Below are positions 52,401 to 60,876 of a stretch of DNA of 64,000 bases, one piece after another. The notes below the pieces were generated by a model. The model had not been told where the DNA came from and did no database searches. It saw nothing but the letters and a program-made list of their open reading frames with translations. Both the position numbers and the translations under genes were made by a program. The first letter of the stretch is position 1; every line of letters begins with the position of its first letter. The DNA is from Candidatus Omnitrophota bacterium. GTDB taxonomy: Bacteria > Omnitrophota > Gorgyraeia > 2-01-FULL-45-10. The stretch covers positions 129,856 through 193,855 of the forward strand of contig JAPLME010000011.1 of the NCBI GenBank assembly GCA_026387175.1, in the 5' to 3' direction.

Positions 52401-55400
52401 AGATGCAGGCTTTTATTGGGACCCCTACGATAGAGTATATTAGCGGCAGCCCCGGCACAGTTAATACTACACAGTCCAGGCCCATCGCCAGTATCAAACA
52501 ATCCGATCACCCATCTTCCAGTTCCTTCGAATCCGGCGTTATAGAGCTCAATGCGCTTGACCTTGGCTCTATATCATGGAGCCAGGAACTGCCTGAAGGC
52601 ACAAATATCACATTTCAGACGAGGACAGGGGATACGGCTACGCCTGATTCTACGTGGAGTGAGTGGTCGACTAAACTAACCAGTCCGGCCTCTTCTCAAA
52701 TAACCTCTCCGACAGGCAAATATATCCAATACAGAATTAATCTATCCACTACTAATCCGGCTGTGACGCCGCTTTTGAAGCTCGGAGAGAATAGCCCGAT
52801 AACATTTGGTTACAGCCGTGCTCCATCCGGGTCGAGCGAGCTGCCCGGCATATATTGCGCTACGATGTCTAAAGGCGGCGTCACATCCGATTGTGATAAG
52901 AACAGCCTGGCAAGCCTCATCTTTAACCCCGACTACATGGGCGCTATCACGGACGAGATCCCCGATTATTTATTAAACGGCACTCAGAAAGAGCTGTATT
53001 TGAAGGATTCAGTTATCATATCGGAGCTCACCGCGATCACGAATATAGACGGGACGACCACGGAATATTGCCAGGGACAGATCTCGAAGACCACCAGATC
53101 TGACGGGACCATAATTAAGAGCGTTTCTTTCGATGCCGATAATAACGCGAAGGATTTTACCTATTCTAAAGACGGCAGTACATACATAGTGAAAGACGGG
53201 AAGATCGATACCGTAGTAACCGCCTCAGGCGAGAGCGTAAAGTACTATTCATACGGACTGATCGAGAGCACCGAGGCTGCAGGCTCTAAAAAGGAATACG
53301 AATATGGCATACAGACCACTGAAAATTACACGACAAGATCGATATTCCAGGATGGATCTTTTACCAGCGCATCCATTTTAGGACATGGCTCCACCACCTA
53401 TCTCCAGCTCTCGAAGGATTCACTCCGGTTCGGCACAGGTTCTGACGGCGTGAAGCACGTAACCGCGAATGAGACTCTCGAGGCAGGCACATATAACTTC
53501 GAATCGCTTATTATCGATCCAGGGACGACTTTAATAGTCGGCCCCAACACCATAATAAAAGTGCTGGACACAGTCACCGTAAATGGCGCTGTATTCTGCG
53601 GCGGTTCCTTAGATATATGCACCCCTGTTTTCAATGTCAGCTCTTCCGGGTCCGTTACCGGCAGCGTGAATATTAAATGCGACGCAATAAGCAGCGCCGG
53701 CATTATCACCGGCAATGTCTGCCTGACGGGAGCGGGCGGATCTGGCGCTACCACAGATGATAATTTCGGCACTTGCATAAGCGGCTCTCACGGGGCCGGC
53801 GGCAGCGCTGCTGTGACATTTCCAAGTTGTAACATCTCAAAGGCCAGATACAGGGCTTCGCTTGGCAGCTATGGCCTTCCCGCATATGCCAATGTTTATC
53901 TATGCGTTAACGGATCGTGGACTTGCATAGCAAGTTATGCAGGAGCCGGTGATTCCGGAGAGGTGAACAATACAACCGGTTGGTCCAATGTGACGGGCAT
54001 GATGATGACAGGGCAGTCACTTAACGGCGATTGCGTATGTTCTGTATATAACCTGTATGAAATGCAGGCCATTATCGGCCAATCCACGATAGAGTATACG
54101 AGCGGCAACCCCGGCATAGTCAATACCACACCGTCCAGGCCCACCGTTAACATTAAAGCGTACGATTATCCATCATCAGGTTCCTTCGAATCCGGCGTGA
54201 TAGAGCTTAATGCGCTTGACCTTGGATCTATATCGTGGAACCAGGAACTTCCCGAAGGCACAAATATCGCGTTCCAGACGAGAACGGGGGATACGGCTAT
54301 TCCCGATTCCACTTGGAGCGAATGGTCCGAAAGCCTGACAGATTCTAAAGGATCCGACATATTATCTCCTGGTAAAAAATATTTCCAGTATAAGATAAAT
54401 CTGTCAACTGCCGACCCTTCAGTAACGCCTAAGGTACTTCTCTATAGCACTCATGGCATATCGATCAGCTATATTAAGGTTTCTGACAACCCTCTGGATC
54501 CTTATGTGAAAGTGAAAGAAAATAACACCACCTCTGCATACAATAAATCAGGAGTCTTGATCTGGACCGAAGACGCCGCCGGCGTAAGAACTGATTATGA
54601 TCCGGCGAATTCTGAAGGCACCGTTGACCTCGCGCTCCTTAAGTTCGACTCATCATACACGGATTCTCTCACCCAGGATCTTCCTTCCTCTAAACTCTCA
54701 GACTCGCAGAAAGTGATAACCGTCTATGACCAAGGGAACGACACTCCCGTGGAGGTAATAACCGCAGGTCAATCGATCACTTATTTTGATGAAGGTTTTG
54801 CCACCAAAGTTGTCGATAAGAATGGAGTTACGCAAGTTACCTATACTTATGATGAAGACAAAAATATTATAAAGGTTGAATTTGTCGACGCTCGGCAGAA
54901 GCTCGAAGAGAATTACGAGAAAGCCCTGACTGAGATAGTTACCCAGAAGGATGCGGCGCTTGCCAAGCTCGTAAAGGCGGATGCCGCCGCCCGGGCCGAT
55001 ATACTCGCCAAATCAGCGGATATTCAAAAACAGATAGATAGTGAAAGGTCGCGTTTAATCCAGGAAAAGGCTAAATATGATTCTGGTGTATATGACCTCT
55101 CCGAGTTTGACAGAGCATTCAGGGAAATAGACGATTATGAAACACGTCTTCATCAGCAGACTCAGGACGCCTACACGGATTTAGACAATCAAATCGCCTC
55201 TGCCAAGGCACGAATAGAATTCGACGCCTCGACCGCGATGTGGGACCTTATCGATAACGACTACAACAAGATCCTGGGAGATATAGTCCAAAAGGAATCT
55301 TCACCGTTGATTTATCAATATTACAGAAAGATACTGGGCCGGGATCCTGGTGATGAAGACCTCTTATATTGGGCGAATATCGCGAAGACTGAATTAAGGC

Positions 55401-58400
55401 CGCTTACTGCCTCTGAAATAACCCAGTATTTGAAGGATCTCCCGGAGTATGCGGATCGGGAGGCTAGAAAGCAGAATATAATAACGAGCCTTACAGATTT
55501 CTTCGCCCAGTATCTATCCGCATCCGATGCCGATAAAGAGTCCATACTCTCGTCATTAGGCCTTACCTTGGATGATGTAGCTACGTCATTGCGAGGTGCC
55601 GAAGGCACCGAAGCAATCTCCGGCATTATTTCCTGGCTCTCCGGCCAATCCCTGCACTTTGGGGACAGCGCTTTTGAAACTATTATTGCGATGCTGAAAG
55701 ATAACGGCATAGAAAAGTCCTTCGAAGATATAGGTAAAGATGCGCTTAAGGTCGATATATTGACGGGCGTAATAACTAAAGACACCGAAGGCGATCTTCT
55801 TATATCGATGTATGCCATGCGGAAGGCCGCCGAAGCCAATGGCCTTACCTTGTCTTCCCAGAAGATATCCTATGACGACCTGAAGGACCAGGTTTCGAGA
55901 AATAGCGTTATAGTTCATATCGACGGTAAGCATTATGTGCTAGTGACAAGTATCAATGACGCGGACGGCACCATTACCTATATAGACCTCACCGTCGGAC
56001 ATAATGGCCAGGCGATGACCCTTTCAAGGGCCGAATTCATGGAGAAATGGAGAGGCTATTCTCTGTCGAAGGAGCTCTCCTATAATAAGGATCTGCCCAG
56101 CAATCCCTCCAAAGAGATAAATGTAACTCAGGAGAAGAATATAAGGGGAAGCGGCTGGTGGAGTGACTTCTGGAGAGGCATTGTCAACTTCTTCCAGAGG
56201 ATAATAGCGCCTATAGGCGCAATTCTTCTATTTACACCCCTTGCTTCTGTAGGAGCCATATTAATAGGTATCAATGTTGTAGTGCAAACCATATCTTTTG
56301 TTGTGCATACAGGCACTTTAATGGATGTAGTCTGGTCGGTTGTAAATGCTGTAGGTTCCGCGATATGTTCTACAGTGCTCCCGAACATATTCGATGCGGT
56401 GAGGGGTGCTTTTCAATCGATAGGAAGCGCATTTAGCAGTGCGTTTAGTTCTATAGGACAGGCAATTCCGATCCTTGGCAAAGTTTTTGGTGCGCCGATG
56501 GAAATATTTCAAAGCCTTTCCGGAGCGGCTACCGATATAGCGACAAGAATATGGAGCACCACAGGATTTACTGAAACGGTAAAAGATGTAGTTCTGAGCA
56601 TAGGAACAAGGATCATTGAGCAAGGTGTTAGTCTCGGTGCGAACTATTTATTTAAGAGTATGGGCCTTGACCCGACGTTAGCAAGCATAGGCAGCGCATT
56701 GATTTCCGGAGCCATTGCTGGTTTGGGCAATCCCAATATAGGGATTGTCGGTGGTATTTTACAGTCCGGTGTTATTTCCGGCGTCGACCAACTTGGTACT
56801 GCTTTAAAGCTCGATCCTAACATCACCAGTCTCGCCGGTATGATGGCTGGCTCTATTATAGGAGGTTCCGTATATACCGGAACAGGGGAAATATCATATC
56901 AGGACCTTATAAAAAGTATCTCACCATACATATACAGCGAATGTGCGTATATTGGTGTAACAGATGTGGGTGAACTCCTCGGTATCGATTCGCGAATATC
57001 CTACTTGGCGGGGGTGGGGATACGGTCAAGTATTAATATAGGTTATGGATCAGATGGAATATTCGACTGGAAGGATGCATGGAGTGGAGTGCAGCAGGGG
57101 TTGTTGCAGGGGATTACTTCAATCGGAATAAATTACGCTACGCAGGAGTTGGGGCTGAATCCGCTTTTGGCCAACATAGGCTTCTCGGCTATATCCGGGG
57201 CTATAAATGCGGGCATACAGGCTGCCACAGGCGATAGTAAGGATATATTCCAGAGCCTATTTAAGACCTATACGGATAATGCCTTAACCTTCCTGGGCTA
57301 TGGCGATCCTTCAAATGCGTGGCAGCAGGCAGCGTATATAGCCCAGATACAGGATTTCACAAAGATAGTGACGGAGAAAGGCTTTGTTGAGGCATTGAAT
57401 ACATATGGAGCCAGCTTCTTTAATAGCGTGGCTGTCAATTCAATCGTGCAATCTGGTATGTCCATTGGCCAATACTTTGCCAAGGCTCTTGGCGAGAATC
57501 GATTTTATTCAGAAACCATAAATGGTAAGACGTATAAAACTGTAGAGATACGTGACAAGAATGGCAATCTGATAGGTTCCAGTGGCATGTTCGAAACCAT
57601 AAAACTCCCAAGCGGTGAAGAGGTGAGCGAGTTAGTGGGTAAGCGCGAAACCACAACTGATGGATCATTTCTCGGCATTGGTAACCTCGGAGTTGACGTT
57701 TACGGTAAAGTGGGTTTCACCGACGCAGAGCTCGCGACGACTTATGATGGTATACGAAGGGAGAGTCAGACCATAGATAATGGATTGCAGGTTTATGCGG
57801 ATGTGTGCGATTTACATAGTGGAGACGTCCTGCTTACCATAACGCCAAAGGATGTTGGAGGTTGGAACATATACAGCGAAGATGGGGAGTACGTGGATGC
57901 TAATATAAAAGAATTTTCCATAGGGTATGACATAAGTATTAAAAACAGCGAAACAGTGCGATATCTTTCAACCACTATGAATTGGCTTACGGAAGAGCAG
58001 CGTGATATACTGAAGCGGATAGGATATAGCGATGCTGAGATAGATAAAATTTCTTTGGAAATAGGGTTGGTTATCGATGATTCTGGAAAAACTATGTTAC
58101 AATACAGCATAGGATCTGACATTCAGAAACTAATTAACGTAAGCGGAGCGCTTGGAAATGAATGGCTAAACAGCTTAAAATTGGATGTAAATATTTTCAA
58201 TCATGTAAGCAATGAATTGCTTGATGTGACAAGTTATACAAAAAACACACGGACGCTGATTGACACAGAGAAAGGTATATCTGCCGTTGATATGCTTAAT
58301 TTGGAAGTATTCAAGCCGGAAGAGTACTTGAAATATGCTTTCACGATAGAAGGCTTTTTCCAAAAAATAGGTTACGAAAATTCGGTTTGGGAAATGTCTG

Positions 58401-58987
58401 TTAATGACGCGGCTATTGAGGTGGGTAGCGTTATAAATAGCGGACTCGCAAGATTCGTGTATGTGCCGGGAATTAATACGGCAGTAAATGATTTGAGCAT
58501 GGTGCAAAAAATAAGTGATATGTTAGGCATGGATAGCGTTAACAAAACCGTTGTTATTGCTCATAGCGCCGGGGTTGATGCGGCTGTACGTTCTATGAAA
58601 TATGCAAAAGCCGATAAGTATGTTTTTATATCCCCGAGATCGGAAGCATACGCTATTTATAAAATAGCCACAGAGAATGGAATAGACCTGCGCAATATAA
58701 TGATAATAAATTCAGAAGGTGATATCCCAAATTGGAGCGGTAACCAGAATTATTGGGAGCAGTGTCCCAATGGGTATAAATATACATGGGAAAACGTTTA
58801 TATTAAAAATGACGTGAGTAAAGAAGTAAATCTATATGATTTTAATGCGCGTCATAGCTGGGCCATTAACTATTGGGTTGACGGCGCGACGGCCGATGGA
58901 GATTATTTCAATATCTACAAAGACGGTGTAATGCAAGACGAGCCGTCTACAATGACAAAGGTAATAAAAGAATTTATAAAAAAATAA
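46448..58987 (+). CDS. 4179-aa giant exported protein: YD-like repeats, duplicated modules, coiled coil, DUF4214-like motif, C39-like domain, hydrophobic region, C-terminal alpha/beta hydrolase
   Basis: Uninterrupted ORF (start may be ATG 46460); signal-like N-terminus; YRKILGRDP..LLYW; IVHIDGKHYVLV; AHSAG. Confidence 0.88.
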   Translation: MRQDMITTLKTKAPFKAMALAIAFSFLWQQILWAGDLAATTLENLNQEQSQTFAPDYLQNQQTASQSMITQKQDVEDTINSQAQTANNISGNTKESSDNSIELQGPKSASSGQAGATSSSTIIEEAANAPEGDGAILSVTTGDGDIVHYADGAISSIEKKDGTVLRDLVIGENNELIAANITYKDDTNEIVANGKVARLTKPDGTVFEYSGELITRATYPDPDNPEGNVVDYFYSVDNDNNIIETKLKDSEKSSFYDKNGALIRVEFNTGKVIEYDSDKNDDTDNGILSKVITEDGKIYIYEKSEDAIDGETVYTVKLKEIRDGEGNTFRLEDNNITEIELSDGTILRNFELDSSGNLVSGNIIYKDNPTLRSILVENKRVKEVNDVNGVRTTYRYDRINEAGDIVNATIEIDDGSSAVETYTYTKDEETLGVTITNGDRTWKYNSAWVLESFSDSEGAIKHHYSPLAVYAGSTFTLSDGTIKEYNDNKSLIKTILTDGTAYEYYQSGKFAGKLQKEVSPDGKSIIYDYKITPEGDLVVYKRTSYDKSSSYKSYYATDNVNYTTNPTLKASFNLDSDKTYSSAYASASYYNYNDKSVSLSLSFYNEKPYLYYYSYNYKTKQYVYDYKQLDITINKDTDYTVEYIWTSTGVNIYLYKSSGTRPGTALYTIADNKWNPVFSLSGSNAHLTLDPSSSGTYTGSESVSTDYNNPLKGGPMYAAEFTFDQNAASRSLYYSVYGNNSASYDSIYFNYYNNTPSLSVYHYDYKTYQYTNKTIPVNVAFNKGATYVMQTKMEDNVLKLYIYEKGTAPGDPIYTIENAVWNPQVYSTISGGRMNVEAYDNLEVYKYGDADGTLLERNSYADKALLTYIYDDAREVIGKKLALEDGTKKIYDAYNKLLTETKANGEIAAYEYDASGNVISITPRFPDGTGYTYYDSGAFQGKLKSAAIPDGKVVYYDYAVNENGNLQVYKRVSYDKSNLYQSIYSNNYIPASINPAIKASFKLDSLKTYSSIYMSAYYYNYNDKSVSLSLNIYGQKPTLYYYYYDYKTRKTVSDNKELNITVNRNVVYSIEFAWSQNGINIYLYEASEGRPSDPVYTIANSNWNPRFSLSGSNANIIFDPTSSGTYTNSKSVSTDYNNPLKNSPIHTATFTFDSNAAYKSLYYGVYGYSSSSSDSLYLNYYNNTLTLWAYHYDYKTYKYTNTTIPLNIKIKDNTAYTLKTKIENNTLKFYIYEALTAPADPVYTIENVSWDPQVYASISGGDMNVEACDHLETYEYNTTAGIMLDQDAEARLRNKNIVIDDPYSAIPEYALLSDAPMVFPNGRTDIINAVNPNMDFSISLPAGDPDNNPYFDTIKYDQNRVLKEILKPSGEKISYRDGLVDNILSSSSTTSYGYRLSGLGNVDEITVDRDGIKRIYDKYGNIKSLSLDDATKIVYENGKVKEIQKADGTTLKNMTFRDSGELDSALVSYPDGSLALYDDAKLLQAISASGDITDYSDGKIRKVTLEDGTVYDWSYSGDNIVILDNAKSEKRTYLEGKLISLEELAGSKLITRYYYDGTSGDLTKSEICRNNEILYTYTYTYEDGLTLVRDEDGNVQAYTKDKKLSYIIDSKGRKYSYTYVGKNEGYVEVYFPSGNKAKYDLSGNIIEITKSDGTVIKDITFYSDNTPRNFTYIKDGATYKVEEGKIGEMLSKDGVKTVYYDNGFVKSFETEAGDLTEYQYFVKDSKVFNSSSALLDGDFNQVSLFNSNSTTYLTLSQDSLRFGTGTDGVKHVTANETLEAGTYNFESLMIDAGKTLTIASGAIIKVLGTITVNGAIFCGGSLDIYAPSFNVGASGSVTGAVNIKCNTINNAGIITGNASITGTLSNGANELDRDDSFSGWAHYLDYNPGSGALSPRITFPSCTISSVKWQAGGGGSGDSQGYGILYLYIDGVKTQVSPTYYWGRCPGSFNTGVATINGSWNNVTGIEYYIETDSTIGVARAYGYEMQAFIGTPTIEYISGSPGTVNTTQSRPIASIKQSDHPSSSSFESGVIELNALDLGSISWSQELPEGTNITFQTRTGDTATPDSTWSEWSTKLTSPASSQITSPTGKYIQYRINLSTTNPAVTPLLKLGENSPITFGYSRAPSGSSELPGIYCATMSKGGVTSDCDKNSLASLIFNPDYMGAITDEIPDYLLNGTQKELYLKDSVIISELTAITNIDGTTTEYCQGQISKTTRSDGTIIKSVSFDADNNAKDFTYSKDGSTYIVKDGKIDTVVTASGESVKYYSYGLIESTEAAGSKKEYEYGIQTTENYTTRSIFQDGSFTSASILGHGSTTYLQLSKDSLRFGTGSDGVKHVTANETLEAGTYNFESLIIDPGTTLIVGPNTIIKVLDTVTVNGAVFCGGSLDICTPVFNVSSSGSVTGSVNIKCDAISSAGIITGNVCLTGAGGSGATTDDNFGTCISGSHGAGGSAAVTFPSCNISKARYRASLGSYGLPAYANVYLCVNGSWTCIASYAGAGDSGEVNNTTGWSNVTGMMMTGQSLNGDCVCSVYNLYEMQAIIGQSTIEYTSGNPGIVNTTPSRPTVNIKAYDYPSSGSFESGVIELNALDLGSISWNQELPEGTNIAFQTRTGDTAIPDSTWSEWSESLTDSKGSDILSPGKKYFQYKINLSTADPSVTPKVLLYSTHGISISYIKVSDNPLDPYVKVKENNTTSAYNKSGVLIWTEDAAGVRTDYDPANSEGTVDLALLKFDSSYTDSLTQDLPSSKLSDSQKVITVYDQGNDTPVEVITAGQSITYFDEGFATKVVDKNGVTQVTYTYDEDKNIIKVEFVDARQKLEENYEKALTEIVTQKDAALAKLVKADAAARADILAKSADIQKQIDSERSRLIQEKAKYDSGVYDLSEFDRAFREIDDYETRLHQQTQDAYTDLDNQIASAKARIEFDASTAMWDLIDNDYNKILGDIVQKESSPLIYQYYRKILGRDPGDEDLLYWANIAKTELRPLTASEITQYLKDLPEYADREARKQNIITSLTDFFAQYLSASDADKESILSSLGLTLDDVATSLRGAEGTEAISGIISWLSGQSLHFGDSAFETIIAMLKDNGIEKSFEDIGKDALKVDILTGVITKDTEGDLLISMYAMRKAAEANGLTLSSQKISYDDLKDQVSRNSVIVHIDGKHYVLVTSINDADGTITYIDLTVGHNGQAMTLSRAEFMEKWRGYSLSKELSYNKDLPSNPSKEINVTQEKNIRGSGWWSDFWRGIVNFFQRIIAPIGAILLFTPLASVGAILIGINVVVQTISFVVHTGTLMDVVWSVVNAVGSAICSTVLPNIFDAVRGAFQSIGSAFSSAFSSIGQAIPILGKVFGAPMEIFQSLSGAATDIATRIWSTTGFTETVKDVVLSIGTRIIEQGVSLGANYLFKSMGLDPTLASIGSALISGAIAGLGNPNIGIVGGILQSGVISGVDQLGTALKLDPNITSLAGMMAGSIIGGSVYTGTGEISYQDLIKSISPYIYSECAYIGVTDVGELLGIDSRISYLAGVGIRSSINIGYGSDGIFDWKDAWSGVQQGLLQGITSIGINYATQELGLNPLLANIGFSAISGAINAGIQAATGDSKDIFQSLFKTYTDNALTFLGYGDPSNAWQQAAYIAQIQDFTKIVTEKGFVEALNTYGASFFNSVAVNSIVQSGMSIGQYFAKALGENRFYSETINGKTYKTVEIRDKNGNLIGSSGMFETIKLPSGEEVSELVGKRETTTDGSFLGIGNLGVDVYGKVGFTDAELATTYDGIRRESQTIDNGLQVYADVCDLHSGDVLLTITPKDVGGWNIYSEDGEYVDANIKEFSIGYDISIKNSETVRYLSTTMNWLTEEQRDILKRIGYSDAEIDKISLEIGLVIDDSGKTMLQYSIGSDIQKLINVSGALGNEWLNSLKLDVNIFNHVSNELLDVTSYTKNTRTLIDTEKGISAVDMLNLEVFKPEEYLKYAFTIEGFFQKIGYENSVWEMSVNDAAIEVGSVINSGLARFVYVPGINTAVNDLSMVQKISDMLGMDSVNKTVVIAHSAGVDAAVRSMKYAKADKYVFISPRSEAYAIYKIATENGIDLRNIMIINSEGDIPNWSGNQNYWEQCPNGYKYTWENVYIKNDVSKEVNLYDFNARHSWAINYWVDGATADGDYFNIYKDGVMQDEPSTMTKVIKEFIKK
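47957..50277 (+). repeat. Intragenic duplication A/A' (offset 1287 nt, Tyr-rich beta module)
   Basis: YY.SG.F.GKL...VYKR.SYDKS...SVSTDYNNPLK...EA.D.LE.Y.Y occurs twice. Confidence 0.9.
51370..54480 (+). repeat. Intragenic duplication B/B' (offset 1698 nt) with divergent cores
   Basis: DSLRFGTG.DGVKHVTANETLEAGTYNFESL and SFESGVIELNALDLGSISW.QELPEGTNI each occur twice. Confidence 0.92.
55585..55620 (+). repeat. RPE-like palindromic element, in frame within the giant gene
   Basis: GTCATTGCGAG-GTGCC-GAA-GGCACC-GAAGCAATCTC, encoding SLRGAEGTEAIS. Confidence 0.7.
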
Positions 58988-58991
58988 TATT

Positions 58992-59789
58992 ATGAAAATA
59001 AAATTAATTGCTTTAACTATAATTTTATGCTTGATATTATCAGTAGGGTATATTTTTCTTTTGCAAAAACATGTTTTATGGTTTTGTGACAGCTTTATGG
59101 CGTTTACGCATGAAAATTATTATCAGGCCATGTACGACGGATGGAAAAATAAAACATCGAGTTTCCTCCTGTCGCAGTTAAACATTTTTAGCGATGAGCC
59201 AAGATTTTCTACGGCAGCAGTCATATTAACCGAACGAAAAGAAAAAAGAGCTATCAAGCCATTAAGAGCTATTTTGAATAGTCAAGCAAGCTCGAATATT
59301 AAGCGCGTGGCTATATTCCGATTAGTGAATTTTGATGATAAAGAATCTATGGATCATTTTATGGGGAAAGCATACGCATACAAACAGATGAATTTGAATT
59401 TTTACGACAAATCCAAGTCCGAAGATATCGATGAATATCGAACCATATTGCAGGCTTTATCTTCAGTTCAATCAGAGAAAGCTTATCTACTCATTTTAGA
59501 GTTAGCAAAAAATGGCAGTCGCTGGGAAAAAGCATGGGTTTTCACCTTATGCCTACATTATTATAAGGCACACTCACTGGAAATAATTCCTATGTATGAA
59601 AAATATTTTTTTGATAATTTAGAGATATCATCAAGTCCAGCGAAAGATAATGTTATTTTAGGACTAACATCATTGGGAGATCCTAAAGCCATCCCCGTGT
59701 TAGAAAATATAGCTGAGAAGAAGCCGGAATACAGACGAGAAGCTAACCGTGCCATAGCATTTATAGAGGCCGCTCAGAACAAAAAATAA
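58992..59789 (+). CDS. Membrane-anchored HEAT-repeat-like protein, candidate immunity protein
   Basis: 4 nt after the giant gene stop; N-terminal TM segment; EKRAIKPL and LGDPKAIPVLE HEAT-like motifs; AT-rich. Confidence 0.65.
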   Translation: MKIKLIALTIILCLILSVGYIFLLQKHVLWFCDSFMAFTHENYYQAMYDGWKNKTSSFLLSQLNIFSDEPRFSTAAVILTERKEKRAIKPLRAILNSQASSNIKRVAIFRLVNFDDKESMDHFMGKAYAYKQMNLNFYDKSKSEDIDEYRTILQALSSVQSEKAYLLILELAKNGSRWEKAWVFTLCLHYYKAHSLEIIPMYEKYFFDNLEISSSPAKDNVILGLTSLGDPKAIPVLENIAEKKPEYRREANRAIAFIEAAQNKK

Positions 59790-59802
59790 AGGAGGGGTTT
59801 GC

Positions 59803-60426
59803 ATGGTGGGAAAAATACTTTTCATTTTTTTTGCGATTTCAATTGTATCTGTTAATTGCAGTAACTGCGCTGATAGCGCCTCCTATGCTGTTCAAGAGCC
59901 AAAAGGCGATACTGTGAACCTGGTTGATTTTATTCCCCAGAAGATAAATTTTCCATTTGAAATCAAGTATCCGGCAAAATGGTATGTTAGGGAAGAGCTT
60001 ACGGGTAATATGCCGGCTCTCATTTTAAGCCAGGAGCCGATTAAAAATGATACAGACAAATATAAAGTTGGCGTGAGTTTATTGTATAACGTAGGTTATT
60101 TTTCCAGCAGAGAGTCTTCCAGCTCAGCTTTGGGACAAACTGCCGATCTTGTGGTAAGAATTAGGGATTGGAAAGAAAGCAAAAAGCAATTTGTTGAAGG
60201 TTTGAAAGAAGCAGGAAATACTATTATTTCCCAATCGGATATAAAAGTTTCTGGGCAGCCTGCCCTGCGAGTTGAGTTTGAATCGAAAGCCGTGAGAGTC
60301 ACTGTCATATATGTGCAGGTAGGTGTGCATCTTTTAATGATGACCTTTGAGTCTCCTCCTCAAGAATATAATCTATATAAAGATATTTTTGAAAAGATGA
60401 TAAACTCGCTATTTTTTACACGATAG
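59803..60426 (+). CDS. Exported PsbP/DcrB-like protein
   Basis: Signal peptide; FEIKYPAKW, VSGQPALRVEF, FEKMINS.F; GGAGG RBS. Confidence 0.6.
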   Translation: MVGKILFIFFAISIVSVNCSNCADSASYAVQEPKGDTVNLVDFIPQKINFPFEIKYPAKWYVREELTGNMPALILSQEPIKNDTDKYKVGVSLLYNVGYFSSRESSSSALGQTADLVVRIRDWKESKKQFVEGLKEAGNTIISQSDIKVSGQPALRVEFESKAVRVTVIYVQVGVHLLMMTFESPPQEYNLYKDIFEKMINSLFFTR

Positions 60427-60461
60427 GCAAGATTCTCTGATATATACTTATTGGGAATAAG

Positions 60462-60654
60462 AATAAATAGGGCGCAGCGCCCTATTTGTGGAGTGAGATA
60501 ACCGTCTTAGCGAATAAGGATGGTCGATGAAGATAGGAAGATACGAATATGGGGGCAACTCTTCAGCGAGAGAGTTGCTTTTTTATTTCAGAATAGCTTG
60601 TGCCGTGCTTATAACCTTTATAATTCAATAAATAGGGCGCAGCGCCCTATTTAT
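60462..60654. repeat. Two identical REP-like palindromes
   Basis: AATAAATAGGGCGC-A-GCGCCCTATTT at 60462-60487 and 60627-60652. Confidence 0.85.
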
Positions 60655-60876
60655 AAGATATAATTTAGTAGGGTGCCCCTTTTCAGGATGGCCCCATTTT
60701 TGTGCGCACATTTTGTTACCCCTCCTTAATATATTTTAAAATAATTTGCAACAATTTGGCCTATTTTAGCGTCTTATATAATAGGTGAGTATAAACGCAA
60801 TCGCCTGATCTAATACAAAAAGCGTGTTATATTTATAATTATATTGACAAAAATACATATATGAGGTATCCTTAAT

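Noticed and set aside
51370-54480. Diversity-generating retroelement TR/VR pair
   Set aside because: Differences are not adenine-specific, both copies are in-frame coding, and there is no reverse transcriptase in the window.
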